DNA from: Rugosibacter sp.
GTDB taxonomy: Bacteria > Pseudomonadota > Gammaproteobacteria > Burkholderiales > Rhodocyclaceae
Assembly: GCA_036569545.1 (NCBI GenBank)
Contig: DATCQI010000003.1
Coordinates: forward strand, 1 to 60,653
Length of the DNA stretch: 60,653 bases
Direction: 5' to 3'
Positions 9,248 through 18,894 of the stretch are shown here, piece after piece. Positions within the stretch are counted from its first letter, which is position 1; the number at the start of each line of letters is the position of its first letter. The notes under the pieces are model-generated. The model made no database searches. It was not told where the DNA came from and was given only the letters and a program-made list of their open reading frames with translations. The translations under genes and the position numbers were made by a program.

Positions 9248-9969
9248 GCGCGCAAATCAATCTTTACCACGCGCGGTTTTTGAAGGTTCACGATTGGCTG
9301 AACCTGAATAACCTGGCGGTGGCGGCAGTCGCCTTGTTCAGCGTCCTGGGCGTGGTTTCGCTCATCGCCCACCGTGATCTTTCGCGGCAGCAAAACGCAG
9401 CAATCGCCACCAGCAGCGAATTGAAAGCCGTCAAGCTTGCGCTGGACCAAGCCAACCAACTGGTCAGCCGGCCAGCCAATCCACAATTCGTAGCTGAGGT
9501 TAGTCATGCGCAAGCGGCACTCATCCGTCGCGAAGAAATCGCCCGCTTGCTGGAAAGCGGTACCATCGGTAACAGCGGCGGGTTTTCCGTCTATCTGCTG
9601 GGGTTTGCGCACCAGGTGCCAGCCGGTTTATGGCTCACCGGCTTTACGCTGGGCGCGGGCGGCAGCGATATGGAGATTCGCGGCAGCACATTCGACGAAA
9701 AAATTGTGCCTGATTACATCCGCCGCCTGGGAAGTGAGAAAATTTTCCAGGGTCGGCAATTTTCAGCGCTCAGCCTGCAACGTGATGCTACCGCCGATGC
9801 CGGGTCAATTAATAATACAATCAGCACCACCCAAACGGCCGCAGCCACCGTCTCACCAGCGCCGACTTTTGGTGGGGAGGCCGCGCAACCCAAGCGCGTC
9901 AATGCACCCCGGCGGCCGATTCATTTTGTGCTCACGCCAACCCCCGTATCGCAGGGAGCCAAGCCATGA
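9244..9969 (+). CDS. MSHA biogenesis protein MshI2 (PilN-like)
   Basis: TTG start overlapping the mshI stop; QINLY N-terminus, one TM helix, GLWLTGF motif. Confidence 0.78.
   Translation: MSAQINLYHARFLKVHDWLNLNNLAVAAVALFSVLGVVSLIAHRDLSRQQNAAIATSSELKAVKLALDQANQLVSRPANPQFVAEVSHAQAALIRREEIARLLESGTIGNSGGFSVYLLGFAHQVPAGLWLTGFTLGAGGSDMEIRGSTFDEKIVPDYIRRLGSEKIFQGRQFSALSLQRDATADAGSINNTISTTQTAAATVSPAPTFGGEAAQPKRVNAPRRPIHFVLTPTPVSQGAKP
9848..9870 (-). repeat. Dispersed 23-bp motif, copy 3 (22/23)
   Basis: CCGTCTCACCAGCGCCGACTTTT inside mshI2 (peptide TVSPAPTF). Confidence 0.88.
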
Positions 9970-10673
9970 ATTCGCTGCGCATGCGCTGGCAAAGCTGGTA
10001 TGCGCAGTTTCTGGCGCGCCCGCGCCGGGAACGGGCGATTCTCGCCTTCGCCCTGCTCTTTGGAGGAGGTTTCTTGCTGTTTAATTTCGGCATCGATAGC
10101 GTCTGGCAAAAAACTCGCACAGCACAAGCTGAAACCCTGGCCGCGCGGACCGAACTGTTGCAGCAAAAAGCACAGCTTGCTGCAGTCCAGGCGGTGGCAG
10201 ACCCCGATACGGCGAACCGGCAACGCCTGGTGCAACTTAAAAACGCCATGAATGCTGTCAATACACGACTAACACGCTTTGAACAGGGCATGGTCTCACC
10301 TGCACGCATGCGCGGCTTTCTGGAAGACCTGCTCGCGCGCAATCGCGGTATTGAACTCCTTGAATTAAAAACCCTGCCGCCTGAACCCGTAGGAAACCCC
10401 CTGAAAAATACGCCCGGCGCGAATCATCAAGCTGCAGCCAGTAGTGCAGAGAACACAACCACGCAGCCTACGGATGGCATTTGGCAACACGGCATCGAGC
10501 TACGTCTGGCAGGCAGTTATCTTGATTTGCTGAATTACCTGACCAGCCTGGAAGCCCTGCCGCAACGCCTGATGTGGAATCGGCTTGAACTCAAAACCAC
10601 GGTCTACCCGCGAAACGAGATGATGTTGCGCGTGTACACTTTGAGCTTGGACAAAGATTGGTTGGTCATGTGA
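9966..10673 (+). CDS. mshJ: MSHA biogenesis protein MshJ (PilO/GspM-like)
   Basis: RER followed by a TM helix; HGIEL.L.GSY..LL.YL..LE and YTLSLDK.WL motifs. Confidence 0.85.
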   Translation: MNSLRMRWQSWYAQFLARPRRERAILAFALLFGGGFLLFNFGIDSVWQKTRTAQAETLAARTELLQQKAQLAAVQAVADPDTANRQRLVQLKNAMNAVNTRLTRFEQGMVSPARMRGFLEDLLARNRGIELLELKTLPPEPVGNPLKNTPGANHQAAASSAENTTTQPTDGIWQHGIELRLAGSYLDLLNYLTSLEALPQRLMWNRLELKTTVYPRNEMMLRVYTLSLDKDWLVM

Positions 10674-11059
10674 TGCGGCGCGCAATAGCCATTGCCCTTT
10701 CTCTTTTATCACTATCAGCAGTCGCCCAGGTGCCAGACCCCATGCGGCCAGCAGATACGCCGATAGCTGACGGCTCATCTTTAAGTACCAATAACAGCTC
10801 GGGCCTGCAAGCCATTATTGTGCGGCCAGGCAAAAGGCGATCCACAGCATTGATTGCCGGGCAGACGGTGCGTCTAGGCAGCAAAGTGGGTGAAAAACGC
10901 GTCGTTAAAATTATCGAAAATGAAGTGACATTGCAGGGTGATGATGGCCGGGAAGTGTTACGGCTGACCCCATCCATCCAAAAAATCCCGGTGGCTAAAA
11001 AACCGCGTGCCGCCACCCACCACGTGAAGCAACTTCCGACGGGAATCTCTAAAAAATGA
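10673..11059 (+). CDS. mshK: MSHA biogenesis protein MshK
   Basis: Signal peptide, DPMRP motif, LQAII and ALI.G; TGATG coupling to mshJ. Confidence 0.8.
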   Translation: MRRAIAIALSLLSLSAVAQVPDPMRPADTPIADGSSLSTNNSSGLQAIIVRPGKRRSTALIAGQTVRLGSKVGEKRVVKIIENEVTLQGDDGREVLRLTPSIQKIPVAKKPRAATHHVKQLPTGISKK

Positions 11060-12810
11060 CAAACCTTATCCGCTGGCTTACTGTGCTCTGCGTATTCCCT
11101 GCGCTGATGGCGTGCTCTGCCCCACAGCGCAAAAACAATGAGGTGCTCAACCAGATCAACGATGTGCTGCTGCAATCAGCCGCAGACCGCAAGGCCCGCC
11201 CGGCCGCGCCTGACACAGCCCTTATGCCGAGCCTCGCACGGCCGGCTATCGCTCCGCCCAGTGAGCCGCGGTTTGATCTTTCGGTTGTCGATGCACCTGC
11301 AACGCAAGTATTCATGGCGCTGGTCTCAGGCACACCCTACAGCATGCTGTTACCACCGGATGTCAGCGGCAATATCACCGTCAACCTCAAAAACGTCACG
11401 GTTCTGGAGGCTCTGGATACGATACGAGAGTTATTCGGTTATGAATATCGCATTCAAAATAAGCGAATTTTCATTGAATCTAACACGATAAAAACACGCA
11501 TCTTCCAGATCAATTATCTGGCAAGCCATCGCCAAGGTTCAAGCGACTTGCGTGTGACAGGTAATTCAATCACCACTGGTGGTGGAGGTAACACAGGTAG
11601 TTCTGCCACTCAGTCCACACAAGCCACCGCAGGCGGTGGTGCCGCCTCCGGCGGCTCGCGCAGCAACGATACCAGCCGCGTGAGCATGAGCACCGATAGC
11701 GACTTTTGGGGCGACCTGAAAACTGCGCTAACAGCGATTCTTGGTACAGCGGATGGACGCAGTGTCGTCATCAACTCCGCCTCGGGCGTGGTGGTAGTGC
11801 GTGCCATGCCTGGCGAACTGGCGAATGTAGACAAGTACCTCAAGGCAACACAGCTAATCGCCGACAGGCAGGTGATGATAGAAGCCAAGATTGTCGATGT
11901 CGCCCTCTCCGAGGGGTATCAATCCGGCATTAACTGGTCAACATTCAATGGTAAAAATAATCGCTTTTCTACGGGTGTCGTTCAGCCGGGCACAATTTTG
12001 CGCACTCAGCCTGGCCAGCCTATAACCGGCATCCCGAACGATGCAGTGGATGCAACCGGTCAATCGAGTACGATATTTTCGGGCAATGGCACCGTGCTGC
12101 CAGGCGCAGGCGGGCTGATTGCGGCAACAGCGCTTGGACAAGGTTTTCTGGGTCTTGCCTTTCAATCCGCAAACTTTGCCGCGCTGCTTAATTTTCTGGA
12201 AACACAAGGCAGTGTCACCGTACTTTCCAGCCCGCGCATTGCAACCGTCAACAATCAAAAAGCCGTGCTTAAAGTCGGTACGGATGAACTCTTTATTACC
12301 AACCTGACCACCTCGACAACAACCACAACGACGGGCACCGTAGTTACCCCGAGCTTGACACTGGAACCCTACTTCTCGGGCATTTCATTGGATGTCACGC
12401 CGCAGATCGACGGTGATGGGAATATCATCTTGCACGTGCATCCCATGGTCAGTGTGGTCACCGAAAAAAACAAAACGGTAAATCTGGGTACCTTGGGTGC
12501 GTTCAGCCTGCCTTTGGCGACCAGCAACATTAATGAAACAGACAGCATCGTCCGCGTGCAGGATGGCAACATCGTCGCCATCGGCGGCTTGATGCGCCAG
12601 GAGCAATCATCTGACCGATCCCAACTTCCCGGCGCTACCGGCATTGCGGCCAACTTGCTAGGGCAGCGCAACAGCGGGCTCACCAAACGTGAATTGGTGA
12701 TCTTGATTAAAACAACCGTTATCCGTAACGATCAAGCATGGACTCAGGACATCAGTGCCGTGCAAGAGCGGCTGAAGTCCTACCAACCGCCAGCGGAAGC
12801 AAAACGGTAA
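11056..12810 (+). CDS. mshL: MSHA outer-membrane secretin (lipoprotein)
   Basis: Lipobox LMAC; QVMIEAKI, LSSPRI..NNQKAVLKVG and GISLDVTPQI secretin motifs. Confidence 0.92.
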   Translation: MTNLIRWLTVLCVFPALMACSAPQRKNNEVLNQINDVLLQSAADRKARPAAPDTALMPSLARPAIAPPSEPRFDLSVVDAPATQVFMALVSGTPYSMLLPPDVSGNITVNLKNVTVLEALDTIRELFGYEYRIQNKRIFIESNTIKTRIFQINYLASHRQGSSDLRVTGNSITTGGGGNTGSSATQSTQATAGGGAASGGSRSNDTSRVSMSTDSDFWGDLKTALTAILGTADGRSVVINSASGVVVVRAMPGELANVDKYLKATQLIADRQVMIEAKIVDVALSEGYQSGINWSTFNGKNNRFSTGVVQPGTILRTQPGQPITGIPNDAVDATGQSSTIFSGNGTVLPGAGGLIAATALGQGFLGLAFQSANFAALLNFLETQGSVTVLSSPRIATVNNQKAVLKVGTDELFITNLTTSTTTTTTGTVVTPSLTLEPYFSGISLDVTPQIDGDGNIILHVHPMVSVVTEKNKTVNLGTLGAFSLPLATSNINETDSIVRVQDGNIVAIGGLMRQEQSSDRSQLPGATGIAANLLGQRNSGLTKRELVILIKTTVIRNDQAWTQDISAVQERLKSYQPPAEAKR

Positions 12811-12822
12811 CTGGCAAAGGCC

Positions 12823-13665
12823 ATGTATCTCAACCACTTCGGCCTCTCTGAGCTTCCTTTCGGCATTACACCCGATACCAGCTTTATTTTTTCCAACGAT
12901 GCGCATCAAGAAGCGCTGAACACGCTGCTCATTGGCATCTTATCCGGTGAAGGGTTCATCAAGATCACCGGAGAAGTCGGCACGGGCAAGACGCTGCTGT
13001 GCCGCCGCTTATTATCCACACTGGGTGAAGACCATGTCGTCGCTTATTTGCCCAACCCCATGCTGGATCCGCGAGCATTGCTCGGTGCCATTGCCGAGGA
13101 GTTGGGCCTGACGCTGGCAGATCCATTACATCACCCAAGCTTTCATCTGATTAAAATCATCAATCGCCATTTGCTAGAGCAAGCGACCATCGGAAAAAAA
13201 GTGATTGTTGCGTTGGACGAAGCGCAGTGCATGCCACTGGAAAGCCTGGAAACCCTGCGCTTGCTGTCAAATCTGGAAACGGAAAAACAAAAACTGGTGC
13301 AAGTCATTATGTTTGGCCAACCCGAGCTCGACGAAAAACTCGCCAACCCGGCAGTCCGTCAATTGCGGCAACGCATTGTGCTGCACTATCGCATGCCGGG
13401 TTTACGCCGTGAAGAAGTGGCTCACTATCTGGGCCATCGCCTGCGCGTCGCGGGCTATCGAGGCAATGATCTATTCACGGGAAATACAGCTACCTTATTG
13501 TGGCACTTATCCTGCGGCACACCGCGGTTAGTGAATATCCTGGCGCACAAAGCACTTTTGCTCGCCTTTGGTGAAGGCAAGCCGACCGTCATCAAAAATC
13601 ATGTGGTGCAAGCGGGGCGCGATACGGAAGGCGTACGAAAAATTTCGTGGTGGAGAACTTGGTGA
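12823..13665 (+). CDS. mshM: ExeA-family AAA ATPase MshM
   Basis: MYLNHFGL...PF.ITPD, Walker A GEVGTGKT, DEAQ, GQPEL. Confidence 0.88.
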   Translation: MYLNHFGLSELPFGITPDTSFIFSNDAHQEALNTLLIGILSGEGFIKITGEVGTGKTLLCRRLLSTLGEDHVVAYLPNPMLDPRALLGAIAEELGLTLADPLHHPSFHLIKIINRHLLEQATIGKKVIVALDEAQCMPLESLETLRLLSNLETEKQKLVQVIMFGQPELDEKLANPAVRQLRQRIVLHYRMPGLRREEVAHYLGHRLRVAGYRGNDLFTGNTATLLWHLSCGTPRLVNILAHKALLLAFGEGKPTVIKNHVVQAGRDTEGVRKISWWRTW

Positions 13666-13672
13666 GGTTGCT

Positions 13673-14785
13673 ATGAGCCTGGTAAATAAAATGCTGCGCG
13701 ATCTGGATGCACGTCGCGCCAGCGAAGCGGAACGGGGTGCTCTGCCTGCTGCGATCACGCCACTTTCTGCGCGCCGTGAAACAGCCGCGCCCTGGCCGAA
13801 GCGGATAGCCATTCTGCTGTTTTTGATAGCGGGTGCAATCCTGGCCGCATGGCAATGGCGAAAACAACCGCAACCTCCTGTTGCTACACCCTTGCTGCAC
13901 GCTGAATCAGCGCCGATCATCACGGCGCCTGCGCCTGATCATTCTCTCATGCCCCCGCCAGCCGCGTCAGTTTTAGCTGAAACGAGCGCAACAAAAAATA
14001 CTCAACCTGCCGCAAGCAAGGTCGACGTGCCTGCGCAAAAACATTCTGCGCCCGCCACTACCGCCCCCAGCAAAACATCGCCAACTCCACCGACGGACGG
14101 GATAGTTAAAGCTTCACCAAATGCGACACCCTCGCCCAGCTTGATCTCGCCTCCACCTCCAAACACCGGCAATCCCAAAACCATCAGCACACCGCATATT
14201 GAAAAACAGGAGCATCTACCCAGCCCGATGGAACGGGCGGAGGCTATCTATCAATCAGGACGGGAGGCGCAACGCGCTGGCCGGCTGGAGGATGCCCTGG
14301 CACAATATCAAGCGGCCCTGGTCCTGGCCCCTGAGCATGCCGCACCGCGTCAGGCATTAGTGGGTTTGCTCATCGATGTCCAGCGCTGGGACGCCGCTGA
14401 AAAAGTATTGCGTGACGGTATTGATCTGCCCGCTACGCGCCTAGCCTCGACGCTCACTTTGGCCAGATTGTTCGTGGAACGTAACAAGATACCCGCCGCG
14501 CTGGACTTGATGCAGCAACAAGCGGCAAGTGGTGAAAAAAGCGCCGAATACCAGGGATTTCTCGCCGTGCTGCTCAACCGCGCCGGACGTGCCCATGAAT
14601 CTGCCGAAAAATATCAGGCAGCGATCCGGCTTGCCCCCAATGAAGCGCGCTGGTGGGCGGGTCTAGGCATCGCACTTGAGTCCGACGGGCAAAACGCCGC
14701 CGCGCAGAATGCTTACCTGAAAGCACGCAGCATGCCCGGGCTACCACCTGAGCTCTCGGCGTATGTCGAACAAAAACTGCGCTAA
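13673..14785 (+). CDS. mshN: TPR protein MshN
   Basis: MSLVNKMLRDLDAR N-terminus, TM helix, Pro/Thr-rich linker, C-terminal TPRs (WWAGLGIALE). Confidence 0.85.
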   Translation: MSLVNKMLRDLDARRASEAERGALPAAITPLSARRETAAPWPKRIAILLFLIAGAILAAWQWRKQPQPPVATPLLHAESAPIITAPAPDHSLMPPPAASVLAETSATKNTQPAASKVDVPAQKHSAPATTAPSKTSPTPPTDGIVKASPNATPSPSLISPPPPNTGNPKTISTPHIEKQEHLPSPMERAEAIYQSGREAQRAGRLEDALAQYQAALVLAPEHAAPRQALVGLLIDVQRWDAAEKVLRDGIDLPATRLASTLTLARLFVERNKIPAALDLMQQQAASGEKSAEYQGFLAVLLNRAGRAHESAEKYQAAIRLAPNEARWWAGLGIALESDGQNAAAQNAYLKARSMPGLPPELSAYVEQKLR

Positions 14786-14811
14786 GTTCACCGGCTAACG
14801 ACTAGTCAAAA

Positions 14812-15201
14812 TCAATCCGGCAATTGCTGTTCAACCAAAGCCAGCTGCGTCTGCGCCCAGACGCGCAAATGCGCAAATGCACCGGTGAGATTGCTCCACG
14901 AATCGAGCAAGTTGCGTCGCCATTTTTCACGCAAATAGGGTTCCACCCGGGCGTAATTCTGCAACTGCATGCGGATCAATCCCCGCGCCCGATCTTCGCT
15001 GCGCAGAGCGAGATGGTGCAATGCATCCCGCGCCGCAGGCTCATCACTCAGCGGATAAGACAAATGGATCACGCCCGCCAGGCGCACAACCTCGCGCAAA
15101 CTATCGGCTCGTTCGATACTGGCAATCTGCCCTTCACATCGGGAAGCAAATCGACGTGCTTCCATGCGCAACAGATTTTTATCGACAGGATCCTGTGGCA
15201 T
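14812..15201 (-). CDS. Hypothetical protein (129 aa)
   Basis: ATG-started ORF filling the gap between mshN and ychF; no family recognised. Confidence 0.6.
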   Translation of the reverse strand: MPQDPVDKNLLRMEARRFASRCEGQIASIERADSLREVVRLAGVIHLSYPLSDEPAARDALHHLALRSEDRARGLIRMQLQNYARVEPYLREKWRRNLLDSWSNLTGAFAHLRVWAQTQLALVEQQLPD

Positions 15202-15236
15202 AGCGTTTTATTTTTATGGCCGCGGGAGCACCAACA

Positions 15237-15259
15237 CCGTATCACCCGCGCCGACTTTT
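15237..15259 (-). repeat. Dispersed 23-bp motif, copy 4 (22/23)
   Basis: CCGTATCACCCGCGCCGACTTTT; shares the last base of the ychF stop codon. Confidence 0.88.
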
Positions 15260-16350
15260 TACACGTTAAATAAAAAATTCATGACATCGCCATCTTTGAC
15301 GATGTACTCCTTGCCTTCGGCGCGCATCTTGCCTGCTTCTTTAGCGCCGGCTTCGCCCTTGTAGGTGATGAAATCATCAAAACCTATGGTCTGTGCGCGA
15401 ATGAAGCCTTTCTCAAAATCGGTATGGATCACACCGGCAGCCTGCGGCGCGGTGTCACCGGCATGGATGGTCCATGCGCGGACTTCTTTGACGCCTGCAG
15501 TGAAATAGGTTTGCAAGCCGAGCAGCTTGTAAGCCGCGCGGATCAGCCGGTTCAAGCCCGGTTCAGCGAGACCGAGGTCGGCGAGGAACATCTGTTTTTC
15601 GTCATCCTCCAGCTCGGCGATTTCGGCTTCGATGGCAGCACAGATGGCGACCACTTCGGCTTTCTCGCTAGCGGCATGCGCGCGCACGGCGTCCAGGTAA
15701 GGATTGTTTTCGAAGCCGCCTTCCTTGACGTTGGCCACATACAGCACCGGCTTGGCGGTGATGAGGTAGTAGGGCTTGAGCAAGGCCGCTTCTTCCGCCG
15801 ACAAATCCAGCGCACGCACGGCCTTGGCCTGGTCAAGCTGGGCCAGGCATTTTTCCAGCACGACGCACAACAGCTTGGCGTCCTTGTCGCCGGAATTGGA
15901 CAGCTTCTTGTTGCGCATCAGTGCCTTGTCGACCACGCTCATGTCGGCCAATGCAAGTTCCGTATCAATCACTTCAATATCGGACAAGGGATCGACCTTG
16001 CCTGCGACATGTATCACGTTGTCATCGGAAAAACAGCGCACGACATGCACGATGGCATCCGTCTCGCGGATATTGGCAAGAAACTGGTTGCCCAGCCCCT
16101 CGCCCTTGCTGGCGCCGGCGACCAACCCGGCGATATCGACGAATTCGACAATCGCCGGCTGGATTTTCTGCGGCTTGACGATAGCCGACAAGGCCGCCAG
16201 ACGCGGATCAGGCACTTCGACGATGCCGACATTCGGCTCGATGGTGCAAAAGGGATAGTTTTCTGCCGCGATGCCGGATTTGGTCAAAGCATTGAACAGG
16301 GTGGACTTGCCTACATTGGGTAAGCCGACGATGCCACATTTGAGGCTCAT
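15259..16350 (-). CDS. ychF: Redox-regulated ribosome-binding ATPase YchF
   Basis: [33 protein letters not shown]; TGS domain at the C-terminus. Confidence 0.97.
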   Translation of the reverse strand: MSLKCGIVGLPNVGKSTLFNALTKSGIAAENYPFCTIEPNVGIVEVPDPRLAALSAIVKPQKIQPAIVEFVDIAGLVAGASKGEGLGNQFLANIRETDAIVHVVRCFSDDNVIHVAGKVDPLSDIEVIDTELALADMSVVDKALMRNKKLSNSGDKDAKLLCVVLEKCLAQLDQAKAVRALDLSAEEAALLKPYYLITAKPVLYVANVKEGGFENNPYLDAVRAHAASEKAEVVAICAAIEAEIAELEDDEKQMFLADLGLAEPGLNRLIRAAYKLLGLQTYFTAGVKEVRAWTIHAGDTAPQAAGVIHTDFEKGFIRAQTIGFDDFITYKGEAGAKEAGKMRAEGKEYIVKDGDVMNFLFNV

Positions 16351-16958
16351 GAATTTCCTTTGTTGATCACTACAGGTTTAGAGTTAATGCGCTGCGTGGC
16401 GGCTTCATACTCACCCTTCGCGAGCAGTGGCCAAGCCAATAGCGCAGTATTCAATGCGTCATCAATCTCGGTTTTCTCTTCTTTGCGCGGAGGCTTCAAT
16501 ACATAGTTAACGACTTCGTTTTTATCTCCCGGATGGCCAATGCCGATGCGCAACCGCCAGTAGTCCTGCGTACCCAACTGTGCGGTGATGTCTTTCAAGC
16601 CGTTATGCCCACCCAAACCGCCACCGAACTTCAGGCGCATTTGGCCAGGGGGTATATCAAGTTCATCATGCACCACAAGCATTTCTGCGGGTTCGATACG
16701 ATAAAACTGCAACAGCGCACGCACGGCTTGTCCGGAGCGATTCATGAAGGTTTGTGGAAGCAGCACGTGAACGCCGGTAGCGCGCGAAGCCCCGACCAAA
16801 CCATGAAAACGCGCTTCATGCTTCAATGACGCATCCAACTCGCGGGACAGCTGCTCACAAAACCAAAACCCGGCGTTATGCCGGGTTTTGGCATAGTCGG
16901 CTCCGGGGTTGCCGAGACCGACTATCAGACGTAACTGCGAGCGCACCTGGGAAGGCAT
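16347..16958 (-). CDS. pth: Peptidyl-tRNA hydrolase
   Basis: GLGNPG..Y..TRHNAG, HDELD, GGHNGLK. Confidence 0.97.
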   Translation of the reverse strand: MPSQVRSQLRLIVGLGNPGADYAKTRHNAGFWFCEQLSRELDASLKHEARFHGLVGASRATGVHVLLPQTFMNRSGQAVRALLQFYRIEPAEMLVVHDELDIPPGQMRLKFGGGLGGHNGLKDITAQLGTQDYWRLRIGIGHPGDKNEVVNYVLKPPRKEEKTEIDDALNTALLAWPLLAKGEYEAATQRINSKPVVINKGNS

Positions 16959-16988
16959 TAGTGGTGCCGTGCCAGATGCGTCGTCACA

Positions 16989-17642
16989 TCACTTCTTGGC
17001 AACAGGTGCAGGGGCTGCGGCATCTGCCACAGCCGGCGTAGCTGAATCGGTTGCCGGAGCTTCATCTTCATCCTTGCCGCGCACGGTGAGAATGGTTGCA
17101 ACCACAGGGTCTTCACCCTTATGCACCATCACTTCAACGCCGGCAGGCAAGCTCAGTTGCGACACATGCACGGAATGACCGACGACCAGATCCTTCAGAT
17201 CCACCTCGATAAATGCAGGCAAATCCTTGGGCAAGCAACGCACTTCGATGTCCGTCAGCACGTGCTGTACGATGCCGCCGCCCAGCTTGACGCCGGGAGC
17301 AATATCCGCATTGATAAAGTGCAGCGGAATCTTCTGATGCAGCTTATGCGTGGCATCCACACGCTGAAAGTCGGCATGCAAAATAACCTGGCGATAGGGG
17401 TGACGCTGTACGTCGCGCAGCAGGCAGGTCTCTTTGACGCCGTCAATATTCGCGGACAACACAGAGGAGTAAAACGCCTCTTTGCGCAACAGCTGAAACA
17501 GCTCGTTGTGGTCGATATCAATGGATTGCGGCTGTTCTGTATTGCCATAAATAATGGCGGGAACACGACCCGTGCGACGCAGGCGGCGGCTCGCTCCGGT
17601 GCCCTGACCATCACGTTTTTTTGCGTTAAATTCAAGTTGCAT
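16989..17642 (-). CDS. rplY: 50S ribosomal protein L25/Ctc (long form)
   Basis: GASRRLRR.G.VPAIIYG, QRHP, HADF and a TL5-type C-terminal domain. Confidence 0.96.
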   Translation of the reverse strand: MQLEFNAKKRDGQGTGASRRLRRTGRVPAIIYGNTEQPQSIDIDHNELFQLLRKEAFYSSVLSANIDGVKETCLLRDVQRHPYRQVILHADFQRVDATHKLHQKIPLHFINADIAPGVKLGGGIVQHVLTDIEVRCLPKDLPAFIEVDLKDLVVGHSVHVSQLSLPAGVEVMVHKGEDPVVATILTVRGKDEDEAPATDSATPAVADAAAPAPVAKK

Positions 17643-17656
17643 GACTTACTCCTAGT

Positions 17657-17698
17657 GGTATTGCACGACAATATCCCCGCCCGCGACCAGGCGAGGGG
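17657..17698 (-). promoter_or_regulatory. Structured rplY leader (candidate L25 autoregulatory site)
   Basis: On the minus strand: CCCCTCGCC-TGGTCGCG-GGCGGGG hairpin, then a TATTG-TCGTG-CAATA hairpin ahead of the AGGAG RBS. Confidence 0.5.
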
Positions 17699-17705
17699 TT
17701 AAAAA

Positions 17706-18656
17706 TCAGTCCATAAACAAGGATGATACCGAGGCTTCATTGCTGATGCGCAACATGGTCTCGGCCATCAGCTCGGCAATCGAAATCTGGCGAATCCGCG
17801 GGCAGGCAGCGGCTTCGGGCGACAAGGGGATGGTGTCGGTCACCACCAGTTCATCAATCTCGGATTCAGCAATACGCGCCACCGCGCTGCCAGACAACAC
17901 CGCGTGGGTGCAGTAAGCAAAGACTTTCAAAGCGCCTTGCTCTTTTAATGCCTGCGACGCCTTGCACAGCGTTCCGGCGGTATCCACCATGTCATCCATA
18001 ATCACGCAGGTGCGGCCTGCCACATCGCCGATAATATTCATTACTTCCGACACATTGGCCTTTGGCCGCCGTTTGTCGATGATGGCTAAATCAGAATCCA
18101 GGCGTTTGGCCAGGGCGCGGGCGCGCACCACGCCACCCACGTCAGGAGATACAACAAGGAGATTTTCATGCTGTTGCTTCCAGATGTCGCCCAACAAAAT
18201 GGGCGCGGCGTAAATATTATCCACCGGAATATCGAAAAAACCCTGAATCTGATCTGCATGCAAATCAACGGTTAACAAACGCTGCACGCCCACGGCCTGC
18301 AACATGTTGGCGACCACTTTGGCGGTAATGGCAACGCGCGCCGAGCGCGTCCGGCGATCTTGCCGAGCATAGCCAAAATAGGGAATCGCCGCGGTGATAC
18401 GGCCAGCTGAAGCGCGCTTTAACGCGTCGACCATGACCATCAATTCCATCAGGTTATCATTCGTTGGCTGACAGGTCGACTGCAGAATGAATACATCCTG
18501 ACCACGCACATGCTCGAGAATCTCGACATTGACTTCGCCGTCGGAAAAGCGTCCTACATTGGCCCGGCCTAGCGAAATATGCAGGCGTTTGACCACATCG
18601 GCCGCCAACTTGGGGTTGGCATTGCCGGTAAAAACCATCAGGCTGTCGTAGGACAT
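17706..18656 (-). CDS. prs: Ribose-phosphate pyrophosphokinase
   Basis: [34 protein letters not shown]. Confidence 0.97.
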   Translation of the reverse strand: MSYDSLMVFTGNANPKLAADVVKRLHISLGRANVGRFSDGEVNVEILEHVRGQDVFILQSTCQPTNDNLMELMVMVDALKRASAGRITAAIPYFGYARQDRRTRSARVAITAKVVANMLQAVGVQRLLTVDLHADQIQGFFDIPVDNIYAAPILLGDIWKQQHENLLVVSPDVGGVVRARALAKRLDSDLAIIDKRRPKANVSEVMNIIGDVAGRTCVIMDDMVDTAGTLCKASQALKEQGALKVFAYCTHAVLSGSAVARIAESEIDELVVTDTIPLSPEAAACPRIRQISIAELMAETMLRISNEASVSSLFMD

Positions 18657-18710
18657 ATCCATCTGCTTAAAGGCTGCGGCAGGAAAGCGCCTGCCAGTCG
18701 TGGGACGGGG

Positions 18711-18784
18711 CTGGGGAGGAAGGATTCGAACCTTCGCATGCTGGAATCAAAATCCAGTGCCTTAACCAACTTGGCGACTCCCCA
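18711..18784 (-). tRNA. tRNA-Gln (anticodon TTG); CCA not encoded
   Basis: TGGGGAG/CTCCCCA acceptor stem, CTGGA-TT-TTG-AT-TCCAG anticodon arm, GGTTCGAATCC T-arm; usual ispE-tRNA-Gln-prs position. Confidence 0.96.
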
Positions 18785-18894
18785 ATCTTGTGGATCACCC
18801 AACCATTTAACCCATTCACAATGGCCGAGAGGTCAAAACAGGAAACAGGCAGGTGCCGAAAGGACGCGCATTGTCGTGGTTTTTTCGCCATCTG

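Noticed and set aside
12972-12994. 16/23 match to the motif in mshM
   Set aside because: It encodes the conserved Walker A GEVGTGKT, so protein constraint explains it.
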